A DNA stretch of 63,997 bases, the filler included, from an uncultured Myxococcia bacterium (lineage in GTDB: Bacteria > CAZTWC01), in NCBI GenBank assembly GCA_964617105.1. It is 13 parts of 13 records of this genome, joined end to end, with 100 filler letters (N's around TTAATTAATTAA, not from the genome) between each part and the next. Parts side by side here need not be neighbours in the genome. Positions count along the whole stretch, not along the records: positions 59,801 to 63,997 come from CAZTWC010000315.1; 12 more parts are not named here. One strand, written 5' to 3'. A program made the position numbers and the translations under genes. Within the stretch, counting starts at the first letter, position 1; each line of letters begins with the position of its first letter. Positions 63,223-63,997 of the stretch are shown here, piece after piece. The notes under the pieces are model-generated. The model had not been told where the DNA came from. It ran no database searches and worked only from the letters and a program-made list of their open reading frames with translations.

Positions 63223-63997
63223 CTACTCCGGCTCATCACTTTGATTATCAGAGGGACAAATGCCATATTTTTCCAATTTATAATATAGGGCCGAAGTTTT
63301 AACTCCCAGCAAACGGGCGGCTTCGGTCTTAACCCCGCGGGCTTTTTGGTATGCTTTTTCGATCATATCCCGTTCCACCTTTTCCAATAACTGCACCAGA
63401 GGTAAATCCTCGGCCATAAAATCGGCCATTTGTCCGGTAGTAGAAATTTGCAGATGAGACGGCAGGTCATCAGCCTGGATCACCTGGTTTTCGCTCAGCA
63501 CCAGAGCTTGCTCAACCACGTTTTCCAACTCCCTTACATTTCCGGGCCAATTATATTGCTTTAGTAATTTGACCGCCTCTGGACTAACCTCTTTGACTTT
63601 GCTCCTGGTACGCTTTTGCAATTTTTTGATGAAATGCTCCACCAGGGGTGGAATATCTTCGCGGCGCTGATAAAGAGGGGCCATCTTTATTGGTAGAATA
63701 TGTAGGCGGTAAAATAGATCCTGCCTGAAATTCCCGTTCTTCACCTCCTCTTCCAGATCCTTGTTGGTGGCACAGATTATCCTGGTATTTACTTTAATGG
63801 TTTCCTCCCCCCCTACCCTTTCAAAAGATTTCTCTTGCAGCACTTGCAGAAGTTTCACCTGAATCACCTGGCTGATGTCACCTATTTCATCCAAAAAAAT
63901 AGTGCCCTGGTCAGCCAATTCAAATCGGCCCAATTTTCTCCTGATAGCCCCGGTGAAAGCTCCTTTTTCATGTCCGAAAAGTTCACTTTCCAGCAGA
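63223..63997 (-). CDS. Sigma54-dependent enhancer-binding protein (5' beyond the window)
   Basis: [40 protein letters not shown], Fis-type HTH. Confidence 0.96.
   Translation of the reverse strand, partial: LLESELFGHEKGAFTGAIRRKLGRFELADQGTIFLDEIGDISQVIQVKLLQVLQEKSFERVGGEETIKVNTRIICATNKDLEEEVKNGNFRQDLFYRLHILPIKMAPLYQRREDIPPLVEHFIKKLQKRTRSKVKEVSPEAVKLLKQYNWPGNVRELENVVEQALVLSENQVIQADDLPSHLQISTTGQMADFMAEDLPLVQLLEKVERDMIEKAYQKARGVKTEAARLLGVKTSALYYKLEKYGICPSDNQSDEPE

Noticed and set aside
1-63997. tRNA, rRNA, tmRNA or riboswitch genes
   Set aside because: None recognised by eye, including next to smpB; a covariance-model scan would be needed to exclude them.

Overview
The window is not continuous DNA. 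It consists of 13 contigs of about 4.8-5 kb, in descending length order, joined by 100-nt artificial linkers (N44-TTAATTAATTAA-N44), so gene adjacency is meaningful only within a contig. Gene content suggests an AT-rich deltaproteobacterial genome bin: a Frz/Wsp-like Che cluster, flgMNKL, pgi, trpS, smpB, a Ser/Thr kinase, PilZ fusions, Cys-rich repeat lipoproteins and a nucleotide-sugar cluster. Two contigs are phage-like. 5140-10139 carries a Mu-F-like head gene missed by the ORF track, TerS-like and TerL genes, RhuM, and an array of helically phased CTCCGA hexamers with IHF-like sites. 25322-30215 carries an amidase lysis module followed by a tightly coupled operon of Zn-ribbon membrane protein, Gly-rich membrane protein, intact RNase HI and an unknown protein, which is the best candidate for an undescribed system. 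Also found: a frameshifted MFS-PilZ fusion, a REC-STAS-like-Zn-PilZ protein, a metal-ligand-less GloB-like protein, a CheB lacking its receiver Asp, two decayed loci with visible lesions, and close matches to sigma28 and sigma54 promoters. All family calls come from motif recognition by eye, not database searches.
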